NCBI GenBank assembly: GCA_977016875.1
Contig: CDRNST010000233.1
Location: forward strand, 6,510,001 to 6,574,000
From: Pavona decussata
Lineage: Eukaryota
Length of the DNA: 64,000 nt
Reading direction: 5' to 3'
The first letter of the stretch is position 1, and the number at the start of each line of letters is the position of its first letter. Shown here piece by piece: positions 51,078-64,000 of the stretch. The position numbers and the translations under genes are program-made. The notes beneath the pieces were generated by a model. It made no database searches. It worked only from the letters and a program-made list of their open reading frames with translations, and was not told the origin of the DNA.

Positions 51078-54000
51078 AATCATCTCATATCCAACAAGCG
51101 CAAGTGGAATAATTGTTTTATTAAAAACAACCGAGAAATATTGCTAGATCTTACTGATTTCGCAGTGCAAGAATGACCAGAAGGCAATTTAATGGTCGCC
51201 ATTTCTCGGCCATGGTATAATTGCTCATATACCATGGCCGCTAAGCCAATCAAATCCCTCGAATTGCATTATACAATGATGCAGTTTTTAATAATGAATG
51301 TTATCAAATCTTTTTCTACTTTCACACTGTTTAAGAATATAAAATAAGAGGAGGACTGTGAAAATCAATTTTCTAGTGCAATTTTCTAGTCACCATCAGT
51401 AAATTGCATGTACATGACGCAGCTCGAAATTTTTTAACTATACTACATACGTGTGTCTTGTGAACATTCATGCAATTCACTCACCTGTGTCACTGAGTAT
51501 CAGTGCCTATGACTAATTTGAAGACTTGATTTTCAGGAAAATAAGAACAAAACAGAATATGTTGTCACTGTATCATATATTGAGATTTATTTGGAGGAGT
51601 TGAGGGACTTACTTGATATGGAAACATCCAGCAAAGACATTCATGTGAGAGAGGATGACAAGGGAAATACTGGTAAAAGTCACTTTGGATTAGATTTTTG
51701 CTTTCTAAGTGGACCAATTAAATAAATATGACAGTTGTTGTAAATCTATCAAGATCTTGTCTGTAGTTTTATTCTGCTTTCTCAGACATACCTTGATGCA
51801 TATTTACACTGTACATACATAGTCCTCGAGGACCTCCAACATAAGTCACCCACTGTACATAGTCTAATTTGCAATGGTTGATGAGGTAGCCTCGCAAATG
51901 GGACTAATGACTTTTCGCATGTGGGGCAAACATGGCTCAATTTCTGAAGATACACATCTTGTACACAAGCCTTCTTTAAACTGTACACTTGATTTTTGCA
52001 AAAGAGAATTAAAGAACATTCCGTGCCCCCGCTCCCAACTCCGAGTGAGAAATAAGTTTACTTATCATATGAATGTCCAAATATGTCATGTGTCCATTTT
52101 TCACACATAATGATCAAACACGTAATTGAAAAGGGAAAAGAGGTGAAATGTGGCATCAACACGCCAAATTCTGCAATTTTTTAAAACATTCTGTTGAAGT
52201 AAGTGTGAGAAAGTGTACCATTAAATTTGATTTTGTGATCACATTGATTTAATCGGAAACTTAGTTTATATATGAACTGTCCACCAATCTTTTAGGCACC
52301 AGGTCCCAAGCTCATCTGTTGTTTCAAGATGAGTTTAACATTAGAAAGTGTTGATCTTGACAGCTTCAGTAATCAGTGATTGTAACACTATAGGGAGCCA
52401 CCTGTTATACATTTTGACTATTTATTATCCTTCTGTCAGTTATTGTAGGTGCGACTGAACAACCTGTTGCTACAGCTGATGAGGTGATGAGCTGTCTGGA
52501 TTTGGGATCTGCGGGGAGGCAGGTTGGCACTACAAACATGAATGAACATTCCAGCAGATCACATACAATCTTTACTCTGTATATCGGTAAGAGCTTGTGA
52601 TGTATAGGATTAATGACCAGACTGTTGTCTAACATATGCAGGTCATTTTGGGTGCCCTAGGGTAGGAATTGCTGTCGGTGCCTACATTTAAGCTTTTTTG
52701 TTACAGCACCTAACACTCCTCCGTACACTGTAAAGTCATGTATTTTTCAAGTTGGGCTCCTAAATTCTCAGCTTTTTCATGAAATGCCTTGTGGGCTCCT
52801 TCAAATGTTATTTTTTAAGGCCAATTTACATGCACTTATTATCATTAATCAGGCCAATTAGTATGTTCAATCACACCTCATGGGCCAATTTGCATGCTGC
52901 AATTTGCTGTTTAATTTCTTAAATTGCTGTTGGTGGTAATGTGGGGTAAAAATCGGTCTGCTGAAAAAAATTTATTACTTTTAGAAACTGGGGTAATATT
53001 TGTCTGCTCACTTATTTTCTTTGTCAAATTTGCCAGTTTAATCAGTATGTGTAAATATTAGCCTTTAGGTACCAGCCTTGTGTGGTAGATGAGGTTGCAA
53101 AGTTTATGGTTCATACTATTTAATATTTGTTTTCGAGTTAGGTGTTAGAATTTAGAACAGTTACTGTAAACGTGACCTGTGCAACATGTACCGCATGGTT
53201 TTAAGGAGAAGGCAGTTTTATCTTTTCAGTGTAATATTTTTGTACTTCCTTGTTAACTCTCTAGCCAGTAAGCTTGTTTTATTTTATGTGCTTAATAGCT
53301 ATATGGTTTGGGTAGGCTCTAGCAATTAATCTGATTCATTGCACAGAACAAAAACCATTGATTGAAGAAGACGAACTTGACACAGAGAGGAAAAGTAGCA
53401 TAACACCGGAAATGGGTAAGTCTCCATTGTACAGACTTGTAGCACCATCGTGTACATTGCCTCTTAGTCCCATACTGAAACTCTCTCTTTGAAACCCATA
53501 AGGGTTGAAATGCATAACTTCCCTTTCTTTTCTTTGGCCAGAAGGGTGTAAATATTCAGTTTCGTGTGTACCATAAATGGGAAGTGTCAAACAAACTTAT
53601 AGACCAGTGAAATCACTTACTTATAAAATAGTAAGTTATTAGAAAGACTTAGAATCGCGTTTACCACAAACGGCAAACGTGAGATTCGCGTTTATGTTTT
53701 CTTGAAAAAATCAGTACACAGACGAGAATAGTGCCAAATAATTCTGCCCTTTGATTCTAGCACCAAGCTACTCAATTTTAGTGAGAAACTGAAAAGTGCA
53801 AGCGGCACGTGGTTATTTCTGCCGTTTGCTGTAAACGTAATAAATTTCCCTATTGTGATACAGTTTCAACGCGAAAGTTCGTGCGTTTCCCAAATATCAA
53901 TAATGAATGCGTAGCAAAAATAAGTGTTTGCATGCTGTGACCACGCGCGTTACACGTTTCAACTTCATGCATTAATTATTGCTAGCGCTGCGTTTCTGGT

Positions 54001-57000
54001 GATTTCGACTCTGCATCTTGATTTGGATTGATTTTCAATTTCATTTACTAGCCGCCTTCAACTGGAAAAACCCCCAGTAAGGATCTCATAACCTGCGTAG
54101 TCGCAGAAACTATTGTCTTTAAATTAATGCGTAGGCAATACCGTCAGTAACGGCTACGCAGGTTAAGGACGCTGCCTACTAATACAGAGGTATTTTTGCG
54201 CAGTTTATTACTATGCCGGAAAAGCAGATCTTAGCAAGGGCTATTGGAATCCAAAAAGAAAATTGGAGGTAACCACGCATTTTTTAGAGATAATTAAGCA
54301 ACAATAATTCTAAAAAGTGCTAAAACACAAAGCGATGCTTGGTATTTTTTATCAAATTGAAGCTTTATTATCTCTGAAAAATGCATGGTTACCCCCAATT
54401 TTTTTTTCTTGCTACGTTTTGCTTTTTCCGCATAGTTTTAAAGCGCGCAAAAATATCCCTGTATTAGTAGGCACCACCCACAGGGAACCCAAGTATCTTG
54501 AGATGCGTAAAACGTATGCACAGTAACAAAATTAGGCACCGTCCTTAAGGATACGGCCAATGCTCGACTATTTTGTTTTTCTTTTCAGAGTACACAGATT
54601 ACAAGTACGCCAAGTTTCATTTTGTTGACCTTGCTGGTTCAGAACGAGCACACAGGACAGGAAATGTGGGAGAGAGGTTCAAAGAATCTGTGTTCATCAA
54701 CACTGGCTTGTTAGCTTTGGGAAATGTGATCAGTGCTCTTTCAGATGTCAAAAAGAAGGTGATACATACATGTACATGTAATGCTTCTTTCGAATTACAC
54801 TTTATAAATCTTTTCGTAGTTGACTCCAGTTGTTATTTGTTATTAAAAATTGCTCTGATAACTTTTCAGGTGGTTCATGTTCCGTACAGAGACAGCAAAG
54901 TGACACGGCTTTTAAAAGACTCCTTGGGCGGTAATGCCAGAACGCTCATGGTAACTTGTTTGAGCCCTTGTGCTGCAGACTTTGCCGAAAATTTGAACTC
55001 TTTGAAGTATGCCACCAGGGTGAGTTTGTATACCTAATAATGTTGCATGTGATATGACAAGTAAAGCGAACATAAGGTTATTAAAAAACTAAATCGGAGA
55101 AAGATCTGAAATTGCTCTCTAGTGTTTTTTGAATCAGTTAACTTCTTAAAACGACTTAAAAACGACGTTTTTGTTGCAAACTGCTAGAGTTATTTCATCC
55201 CTTGGTCACGTGTGAATGCTACCTGAGAAAGTGTTACATAATGTTATACGTGGAATTGTGCACTTGCCTAGGCCGGTAAATGATCAATGTACAATAGGCC
55301 GTTTTCCGAGTTGCTTTGAACCTCATAACGATAGCAAGGATAAGTGCATATCTTTGCTAAAAACTATGCACGAAGCCTCGCTTTCATAATGAGGTTCAAG
55401 GCAACTCGAAAATGGCCAATTTCGGTGCCTCAATGATTTAATTTTTACCTGTGTAGGCTAGAAATATCCGAAATAAACCAGTCGTGAATCGAGATCCACA
55501 GAACACAAGATTAGCAGAGATGCAGAGTGAGATTCAGGTAACACACTTAAATTTTACAGCTATAATAATTATGTAATTTGCACTCAGAGTAGTCCGGCAT
55601 AGAGTGGTTTCCAACTGAGTATCGTAAACCCAAAACCAAAGTTATTACTGTGGCCAATCGCAACAGATGCAAACAACACAACGAGCCAATCAGAATTCAA
55701 AGCAAATACATGTAACTGGCGCCAAACGCGGGAAAACGCGTGCGGCGAAAGCACGATTGGTTTTGATTGGATTCCCATTGGTTGAGAAAGTGGCGCGAGT
55801 TATGTTAACCAATCACAGAGCGTAGTAATGCAAAACCAAATCAAACGCGAAATTACTTTCGACACTCAATTGAAAAACGCTCTAAAACCAAAAAAGCAAA
55901 TTAATTGTTCTAAGGAGTCACAACAATCGGGTAAACACTTACGAGTAAGTCGCAATTGGTTTGACTTGTTTTTGGCTAAGATAGAAGCGCAAGATTTTTA
56001 CCAATCAAAGAAGGCAGTAAAGCTAGGCCGTAGGAAAACTTTCGACAATGGAGTGAAAATGCTTTAAAAGACAACAATTGCCTTTAATTTGTAACCTTTA
56101 GAAGGATAAAGACCGTACTAAAAATAGGTTGTATTTCCTAATGGTTTGGTTTCAAGAGAAGGAACACTGTGTTTAAGAAAGAGAAACTGTTTTTAATAAC
56201 TGTTGCGTCTGTTTGTCAGTAAATTTTATTTTTTTGCAGAAATCGCTTGTCAATGATTGCTATTATGTGAGCTTTGTGTTGTTAGTATTAACAAGACACC
56301 TTTAGGCTCATCTTTATTTCATATGAATATTTGGTTTTATCAACTTAGTTGATTTACGAAACCGTAAAGAGATTGGAGAGCTGATTTTTCGAGCGTTTTT
56401 CAATACCTTTCACTTCTTTCTAAAGCCATTGACTCACTGCACTTCGTAGTGGCAGGCTTTTATTGTAACCTTTTGAAATCAACGGACATATTTTAGTTTT
56501 CAATCCTGTCCAAGCAAATTAGTGGATAAATGCGTGAGGAATAAAGTTGTACAGCGCTCAGGCACATTGGTCCGGGTGCGATTTCGTTGAAATTCACTAA
56601 AACTGAATGTACCCGGCTCGGTTACCACATGCAAATTTCTTTTCCTCTGAGTTTTTAGGCTTATTTAGGAAATTACGGTCGACGTTACACAAAGTAACAG
56701 ACATATCCCGGCCAACTACACAACTAGTTTGACAACTTTGGGTCATAAGAACCTCATCATCACAGTCATTGTGCAAAGTGATAAACATACATACCCAACT
56801 TAACAAATTGTTTGACAAGTTCGCTTCCCATTTAAACAAGTGTCTGTCTTTCACAGGCTCTCCGTGAAGAACTTCAAAGACGTCGCGGATCGTCCGTTGG
56901 ATCTGCAGGTACCGTGGAAGACGCTGAGCGAATCAAGGCTTTGGAAGATGAATTAGAGAAGTGAGTTGCTGTCAGTGATTTAAATTAGGTTAAATTTGTC

Positions 57001-60000
57001 TGACTCATGGTTGTGACATTCGGAGCTCTCTAAACGGAATTTGACCCTTTAAGTGTAAGTCTGTCTGTTTGTTTGTTTGTTTGTTGACAAAAGTGGAGCA
57101 TTCGTCAAGTCCCGAGCATGGACAAAGTAAAATTCTCCGCCGGACGGGAATCGAACTTATGATGTTCTGTACATAACATGCTCAAACTACTGAGTTACTG
57201 GGAAACTGGCGGCAACCTTGGTGATTTACAATTCTCATATTGCGAAATAAATGTGATGTTGTATTTTGGGGAGTGAATGATAGATGTTTTCCGGGCATGT
57301 TCGGAAAAGAAAATCCGAGTTCTCCTATTAGGAGTCGAACCTAAGACCTTCCGATTACTAGTTCGGTTGCTATACCACTGAGATACAGGAGACTCGTGGG
57401 AGCCAAGGCCATTGAACTAGGTTTATGTGACAAACATCCTGCATATTCGGTTTGTTCTTTATACTGATTGTCGATCCCTTAACAAACAAGAACAGCCTTG
57501 CGAGAGGTTAAGAGATGATGAGATGTCAAGAGATATCGCACACATCGTGCAGGGCAAGTATCAGCTTAGTGACTCTAGTGAGCTCTCGTTAAATTTGATA
57601 TCAACTGATCACATGTTCTTGGGCCCGGATTGTTGGAAGCTTTCACTCGTTTGAACTTTGACTAAGCTAACAACGTCAAAAACCGAGAGCTGACGAAAAC
57701 TCTCATCCGTGAAGTCTCGACTTCTCTCACTGATTCCATTTGATTCGTGTTTTGTGTTCTGTTCGTCAGGTCTCGTGGCGCATGCGACACGTACAAGCAA
57801 CTTCTGTCTGATGCGATGAACCAGTTGAGAGCCATGCACAAGAGTGGTGGGATGTCTAACAACCAGGCCAACCAGTTTGACCGGTTATCTAAAGCTGTAG
57901 AACAGGTCAAGTCTAGACCAATTTGGACTCCAAACACCACACGACAGCAACAAGCCGAGCTTATAGAACAACTTACAAAAGAACTTAACAAGGTTTTTTT
58001 CTTGTATTTTATTTTTTTTTTTTTGAACATTATGGCCAAGGATGTACACTTTCTAAATTGAACAATTTTGCAATATTTCCTATTGCAAAATATTGTAATC
58101 GGTAGCCTTGCAACTCAGGTAAGAGTGGAAAGTTCTGATTAATTAAATTAGTCCTTTTGCAAAGGTTGATAACAGCGGCCGGATACACGAATCTCAGCTT
58201 CTAAGTTTATTACAGTAGAATACATTACACAAGGAGTCTGTTTGTTACCAATACACGTTTGTGTTCCGAATATTATACATCACCCTCGTCTTGACCAAGA
58301 GGTGTCTGCGAATTTTGGACTGATTATCATTTTTCTTTATTCAGTATAAAGAAGATTTGTCCAGCGATGAAGAAATCTTTGCAGAGAAAACCAAAGAAAT
58401 TGAATCGTTAAGAGATCATGTGCGAGAACTGGAAGAAGAGAAAGTTTCACTGAACAACCAGCTGGAAGAAACTTTGAGACGATTGAAGAAACATGAAGAT
58501 CAGCTATTTCAACAGCAACTTCAGCTTAATCAGTTGCTTCTTAGCCAAGGGAGAGGTACAGTAGCTTTGTGCTGAAGAGAAAGATTTTTTTTGAAATTAC
58601 ATAGCTAGTGCTTTAGGGCAATGTCAACGGAGCAAAATCCATCTTGGTATTTTTTGTTTTAAAATGACTATTGTCCTCTTGTGACCTTTTTTCTAGAGGG
58701 CACGATGGTTCTCCCTAGTTCCCATGGAATTCGTGTTCAAACTGCGCCAGTAACTAAAGGATCTGGGCCCGAGAATAATCGTGAAGTGCACAGCAGCCCG
58801 CCTGTGGTGAGTTTAAGGGAAATAAACAAAACAACAACAACAACAACAAACAAAACAAACAAACGAATTGTTTTCCCATGCATGGTGAAAAAAGGAATTC
58901 CTTACGGGCACAGTGCAGGACAGCCAGTACAAGGTTAACAAACTGTAAGAACATTTGTGTGAAATTTCAACATGGATGAATGAATAAATGTCTGGGAGCA
59001 TTCTTAAGTTGAAATCGATCAATCAATCAATCAACCAACCAACCAACCAATTGATACCGTTTGCATGCCCAAACACTGAGCTATGGGAGACTCGTGGTTT
59101 TTGCCTAGGTTGAAATATGGCACAAATTTTACAGGCATGTAAGCGGGTTCAGTATTCCTAACAACAGAGCGAAGCATGGAGCACCAAACGGAGCAAAAAA
59201 AACAAAAAAACAAAAAAAACAAAACAAAATGCTCTAGTTATTTTTGCTCCCCCCCACATGGAGCTCTTTCGTTCGCTTCTCACTGTCCCTTGGACATAGA
59301 CTAAAAGGAAAGGACTGCCACGAAGGTTCTCGGAAAGACAACAACACATTTTTTCCAGCAGATAGTTAGTCCATGTCTAGTCTTACTATACTCATGTAGA
59401 TTTGTTTTAGTTTCATCCAACTTTGGTTCGTTGGCGATTTTCCAGTTTATAGCGGACAGAATAATACAAGACTTTCGCGCCCGTAGTCAGCTGCTGGTCA
59501 GCCAACACGAAGAAGAAGATGAGGTGGTCTGCACGCTGTCAGACACCAGTGAGAGTGAAGACGAGGCTGACCACGAACCGTCCAGGTAAAAATAAGAACC
59601 TTGTTGGTGATTGTCTTTAATTCTTTCAACAATTGGCCTGAAAACTGATTGGCACTGGGAGGAGAAATTAAATAACGAGAAATCTCAAAAGGAGATGATG
59701 CGTTTGGTCCTGAAATAAGGAAGATGCGGTGTTCAGCTGTGCAGTTGTAAAAGTTTGGTCTTTATTGCAAAGTCCAGTTTATTTCCGGATAGCACCTGAA
59801 GGGAAGGGGTTCCCTGCGACCATAGTTAATAAAGGGGGATGGTTGACAAACTTCTTTGTTATATGTTTTTAGTTAGCATTTTTGACCTTTAATCGTGCAG
59901 AAACCACAATAGATTTTGAAAGTGTTGGAACAACTGGCCAATAGAAGCGTTCCTGTTAAGATATTCAACTGTTGCGTGAACGTTAAAACAAAGGATTGTC

Positions 60001-61601
60001 ATTGTGCACGGGCGCGGCCCTTCCAACACAAATCGCTGCATTATTATATATGTTTCATATATTTACATTCGTTTCGCTGCACCGTTGTCATCAACTTTGA
60101 ACATGGCAAGGTTTCATGACCAGTCCCACCATTAACTATGCTACGACGAATTTCGTGTAGAAACGCTTTCATGAGGAGTAGAAAAAAAATTCCTGGAGAG
60201 ACCTGTACACTTGTCCTCTCTTTCCGCTTGCAACGCAATTTAGTAATTTAGTTTTGTTTCAGAAAAAAAGTGTCCAATGCGACGACTTCTTTACGGTTCA
60301 AATAGCATTGCTTACATTATGTAGCTTCTTTAGCATATTTTTGCGTTCTACGTAGAAAGAACGCACTCCTAATTGCGTTTGGAGTCGAGATTGTGTGGGA
60401 CAATCAACGAATCAATGGATCTTGGGACGCGCATCTGGCACCCCCGCAGATTTTCCAGGGGCGGATGACATCATCACCAACTTGGCACAGGAGAGAGAGC
60501 CTGGGATCGAGATCATCGAATGCACTCCCTTATCTTTGAATATTACTAGTTATCATACCATTTTTTGTTGTTATTTTGCTAAACTAACATTATATAATGC
60601 TATATTATTCGTCTTATTTTCAGACAACTGGGTAGAACATGGAACCTCAAAAGAGATGGACCGAAAATGCCCCAGGTTCCTGCTCCTCGCGGAGAAGTGA
60701 AGTCTTCAAAACATGTCAAGACTAGGGTTTGATAACAAGACTGTTTGCTATCCTTCAGTGACATTTTTGAAGAACGAAATGTATTTCAGAGTAAATTAAA
60801 AAAATCGCGTGAAAACATTTTTTTTCTCTTCGTTTCGAAAGGTCTTCTCTAAAGAACTTGGCGAGTCAAGGGACAAAGGATCAAAACCCGACGTAACAGG
60901 ACCAAATGATCGTGAAGTGGAAGCATTGCGATCAAGCACTCAGGTGATGGGAAAAGAAGTCAAACAATCAGAACTGAGACTTCACTCAGCCCAGCAGAAA
61001 CTCAGAGACTTAAATATCAATATCAGGTAATACAGTTTATACGACAAAGCCACTCCAAGAGCGCTTGATGATGTTGTTTTGATAATGTGCCTTTTCCAGA
61101 GCGCAGAAGACTGGTGAAGTAGAACCGAAGCAAACAAAATTTGGAGTTCACATGACACGCTCGCTTGCAAAGGAAACGACTGCCTCGCAGGCTATTGATT
61201 GGAGTTCTGCACATCAGCCTAAGACATATGTTTTCGTTAGACCTTCGTAGCAAAAGGCTAATCCAAATCAATCAATCAATCATCCTTTATTTATACACGA
61301 TTATGCTTGTGGGGTCATGTTAGTTAACACTGATTAAAGTAACTTTTTCAAGTTTTTGTGATAACTCACTGTAATAAAATAATTAAAAGTGCAATCTACA
61401 TACATCAACTTAAAATTAAAATATTTTCGTATGAGAAATTTGAAATCGAAGTTGTAATTAATAGAATTTCAGTGAAATCTGATATCAAAGTCCTTGGTAA
61501 AGATTGGGCAGAAGTAGCACCTGTTGTAATTTTCCTCTAAAAAGCCTGGGCCCAGTTGCTCGAAGCCATGGTTAGCGCTAACCCGGGTTACATACCATGA
61601 C

Positions 61602-61634
<33 letters not shown>

Positions 61635-63393
61635 CTAGCGCTAACCATGCTTCGAGCAACTCAGCCCTGGTCGTTAATAATCACTATCACTGCTTAACGA
61701 AACTGAGCAATTCCATGGAAACGCTACGAGCGATGGTCAATAATTGGCGATTGAGATCTATCCGACAGTTACTACTACCAACATAATTGAACAAGAACGC
61801 TTAAATAAGTTATCGATTGCAAACACCCATCAAAGATCATTGGGCAGCATTAATGCTCGCGGTGGCTAACTTACTGGAGAAAGAGCCATGTTCTATTCAT
61901 AGCATTGTGATTACCCTTTGCACGTTTGTTATTGGTTTTAGACAAAAAGAAGAGCTGATCAAGGAACTTGTCAAGAGCGACAAGGAAGCTAAAGAAATGA
62001 AAAAGCAGTACTCTGAGAAAATCAAATCCATGAAACAAGAATTGGAGAAAGCAAAGAGGGAGCTAGAAGAGAGCAAGAAAACATTAGAAGGGTGTGAGTC
62101 TAAAGCTAACTACGAGGTGTCGGAGAAGCAGAAAGTCGAGTCTGAATACAAGAAGAAGCTACAGACCGTGGAAGCCAAACTACAGGCATTAAAACGAAAA
62201 CAGAAGGTGACGATTGCTTGGGTTTTATTTTTAAAACGCTTAAAATTACTTTCTATGCACGTTTAAATTATATTCGTTTCACGGTGTATGTGTGGTTGGA
62301 CGCAATCTAGGGGTCTTCTCTACGAGCCAGATTAGCAGGGGTGTCGGTCCCGGGGGTACCTGTTTGGTGTAGGATCATTCGTGCTTGTTTCGCCCTTTAA
62401 ACGGCAGTTCACAGTTGACTTGTTCTGTCCCTTAAAATCAGAGAAAGTGAAAATTTGGACTATCAGTTGTAAAAAGGAAAAGTACAAGGGAATCGAGTTT
62501 CAGTTGACCGAAAGTGAGGGAATGGAAATATCTGGAATTTAGCTCTAAAGGAGAAGAGTTAATAAGCTCCAAAAATTGCGGGGTTTTTTTCTTTTTATAC
62601 ATCTTGCTCATTGGGAAAATTTTATCGCCTCCCTCTGATGAAGGCTTCAGTTTTAGCCGAAGCGTTGGGATTTTAAACATTTTTAAATGTTTAAAAGTTA
62701 AAATTTATATATATATATTTTTAACCAGAGTAATGTTTTATTTGTTATCTTGAATTCCATTTTTTAAATACTGGAATCCTATTTGAAAAAGTTGTCTCTA
62801 GAAGCCGTCTGACCGTGCTATGCGATTACACGAAAATAGGCGCACTGAGAACCAATCAAAATCCAGCGTTTTGTTATATTGTGCATATAATTATCGTTTA
62901 AAGCATCCATCAATCCATCCATCCATCCATCCATCCATCCATCCATCCATCCATCCATCCATCCATCCATCCATCTTTACGCGCCCTGTAACTTAGTTCG
63001 TAACCGCCGTGTGAGAACGCCAATGCTAAATAACACCTTTAACACAAAATAACTTAACAGGCTGAAATGGTTTTTCCTCTATCTACATCTCTGCCAGGAC
63101 AATGAAAAAATAAGCGCCTTGCACGAAGAACGGGAAAAGAAAGTACAAGAACTGGAGGTGCACATCGACAGAATGAGAAATCAGCAAGACCAGCTCCAAA
63201 AAAAGCTCAAGGAAGAAGCCGACAGGAAAATTAAAATGGAAAGAGACATGCAAAGACAACAACAGAAAATCAAAGAACTCGAAGATCAGATGAACCAACA
63301 GCAGAAAGTTCTGAAGAGAAAAACGGAGGAGGTAGCGGCTGCACAAAGACGACTCAGAAATGTTAACAAGCAAGGATCTGAAGAGAGAGAAAG
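46791..63393 (+). CDS. KIF27: Kinesin-4 family KIF27/KIF7-like (Costal2-related) protein, 5' part; gene continues beyond the window
   Basis: Exons 46791-46823, 47126-47263, 48859-48945, 50027-50134, 51537-51672, 52440-52586, 53347-53415, 54589-54758, 54870-55019, 55457-55537, 56857-56960, 57770-57992, 58345-58555, 58697-58806, 59446-59585, 60624-about 60675/60726 (donor uncertain), 60842-61026, 61942-62206, 63098-63393. [24 protein letters not shown] (P-loop), [39 protein letters not shown]; KIF27-like VHSSPP...FRARSQLL and [12 protein letters not shown]; coiled coils. Confidence 0.9.
47313..47625 (+). mobile_element. Hairpin-ended repeat (family shared with 31785-32110)
   Basis: Terminal palindrome of about 110 bp, followed by a 17-bp IR ttagtataaatctacta (47426-47442) / tagtagatttatactaa (47609-47625). 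Confidence 0.75.
48983..49617 (+). mobile_element. Hairpin-ended repeat with asymmetric IR
   Basis: Palindrome 48983-49167, then a 15-bp IR atttatcccatgcca (49168-49182) / tggcatgggataaat (49603-49617). Confidence 0.6.
50998..51294 (+). mobile_element. Hairpin-ended repeat related to 20750-21823
   Basis: aacaattattccacgagcgcgcgttggatatgagat...atctcatatccaacaagcgcaagtggaataattgtt; IR 51118-51128 / 51284-51294. Confidence 0.7.
54167..54544. mobile_element. TTAA-flanked MITE (Kolobok-like)
   Basis: ttaa|ggacgctgccta ... taggcaccgtcc|ttaa. Confidence 0.7.
55601..55884. mobile_element. CCAAT-rich MITE
   Basis: tagagtggtttccaactgagtatcgtaaa / tttcgacactcaattgaaaaacgctcta imperfect TIRs. Confidence 0.65.
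57130..57445 (-). mobile_element. Two tandem tRNA-derived SINE-like heads
   Basis: Minus strand tatctcagtggtatagc...ggttcgactcc (A and B boxes) at about 57325-57388, and a degenerate second unit at about 57140-57200; no convincing acceptor stem. Confidence 0.55.
62905..62975. repeat. (CCAT)n microsatellite
   Basis: About 16 tandem ccat units. Confidence 0.9.
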
Positions 63394-64000
63394 GTGCTGG
63401 ATATGTCTTGAGTTTTAGTGTTTTGTTTTCATCAAACCCTTGCCAAGAAGAAAGGTTTTTAAAATTATTTTATACAAATACCGCGAGAACACGATAGAGA
63501 TTACATCTGAGTAGACTCGCTTTTCACTATCACCGCGCCCTCCTACTTTTTGTCCCCCCCCCCCCCCCCTTTTTTTTACCGTTTTTTTTTTTCTAAGATA
63601 ACTATACACAATAAAAGAATCACGAAGACTAGGAAGAAAAAGGCCGTCTGGCAATAATACTTTGGAAGTGACGCAAAGGAGGAAGAGCAGTTTTGTATGT
63701 CGGTAAAAAATTAGTTGTTCCACGATGGTGTTGCATTACAGACGTTCTGTGCAGCTTTCATGTACTTACACAGATGAGAGACATGTTTGGCGAAGAAAGT
63801 GGGCTATTGTAGCATTCCCTGCAACGGCCAATTTTCCGTGTTTTTTCCGCTGGTGCGATCGTTGCGAAAAGTTAATATGCTTCTAATTTTGCGTCTACCT
63901 TTTGAAGCGACTGTGCAGCGTAAGTAATTGCGAAGTTCACGCTGCAGTTTTTAAGCAACCTGTGTCAGAATTTCGTTGCGTGAAACGTCTAAGTTTTGAC

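Noticed and set aside
57325-57388. Possible tRNA gene
   Set aside because: A and B boxes are present but there is no convincing acceptor stem, and degenerate relatives occur nearby; better explained as a SINE head.

Overview
Eukaryotic, intron-rich genomic DNA with four short assembly gaps. An anthozoan (coral-like) cnidarian origin is inferred from the repeat landscape and gene content and is not proven. Four protein-coding genes can be built by hand with GT-AG introns and consistent phases. (1) TRDMT1/DNMT2 tRNA m5C methyltransferase (+, 13 exons, about 425 aa). (2) An atypical NMDA-type ionotropic glutamate receptor subunit (+, 7 exons, about 1017 aa). (3) An ADAR1-like dsRNA adenosine deaminase (-, only 2 coding exons, about 1247 aa) with three Z-alpha-like winged-helix domains and one dsRBD. 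(4) A KIF27/KIF7-like kinesin-4 (+, at least 19 exons, running off the window end), head-to-head with ADAR and 210 bp from it. Introns and intergenic DNA hold many fold-back MITEs, a Polinton-like mini element, Penelope-like remnants with hammerhead-ribozyme motifs, and tRNA-derived SINEs. The most notable observations are the ADAR architecture, the deviant pore and gate of the receptor, and a 16-bp intron-exon duplex covering exactly the receptor's pore-loop (Q/R/N-site) codons, a candidate editing substrate next to an ADAR gene. No wholly new system is demonstrated; these are testable leads.
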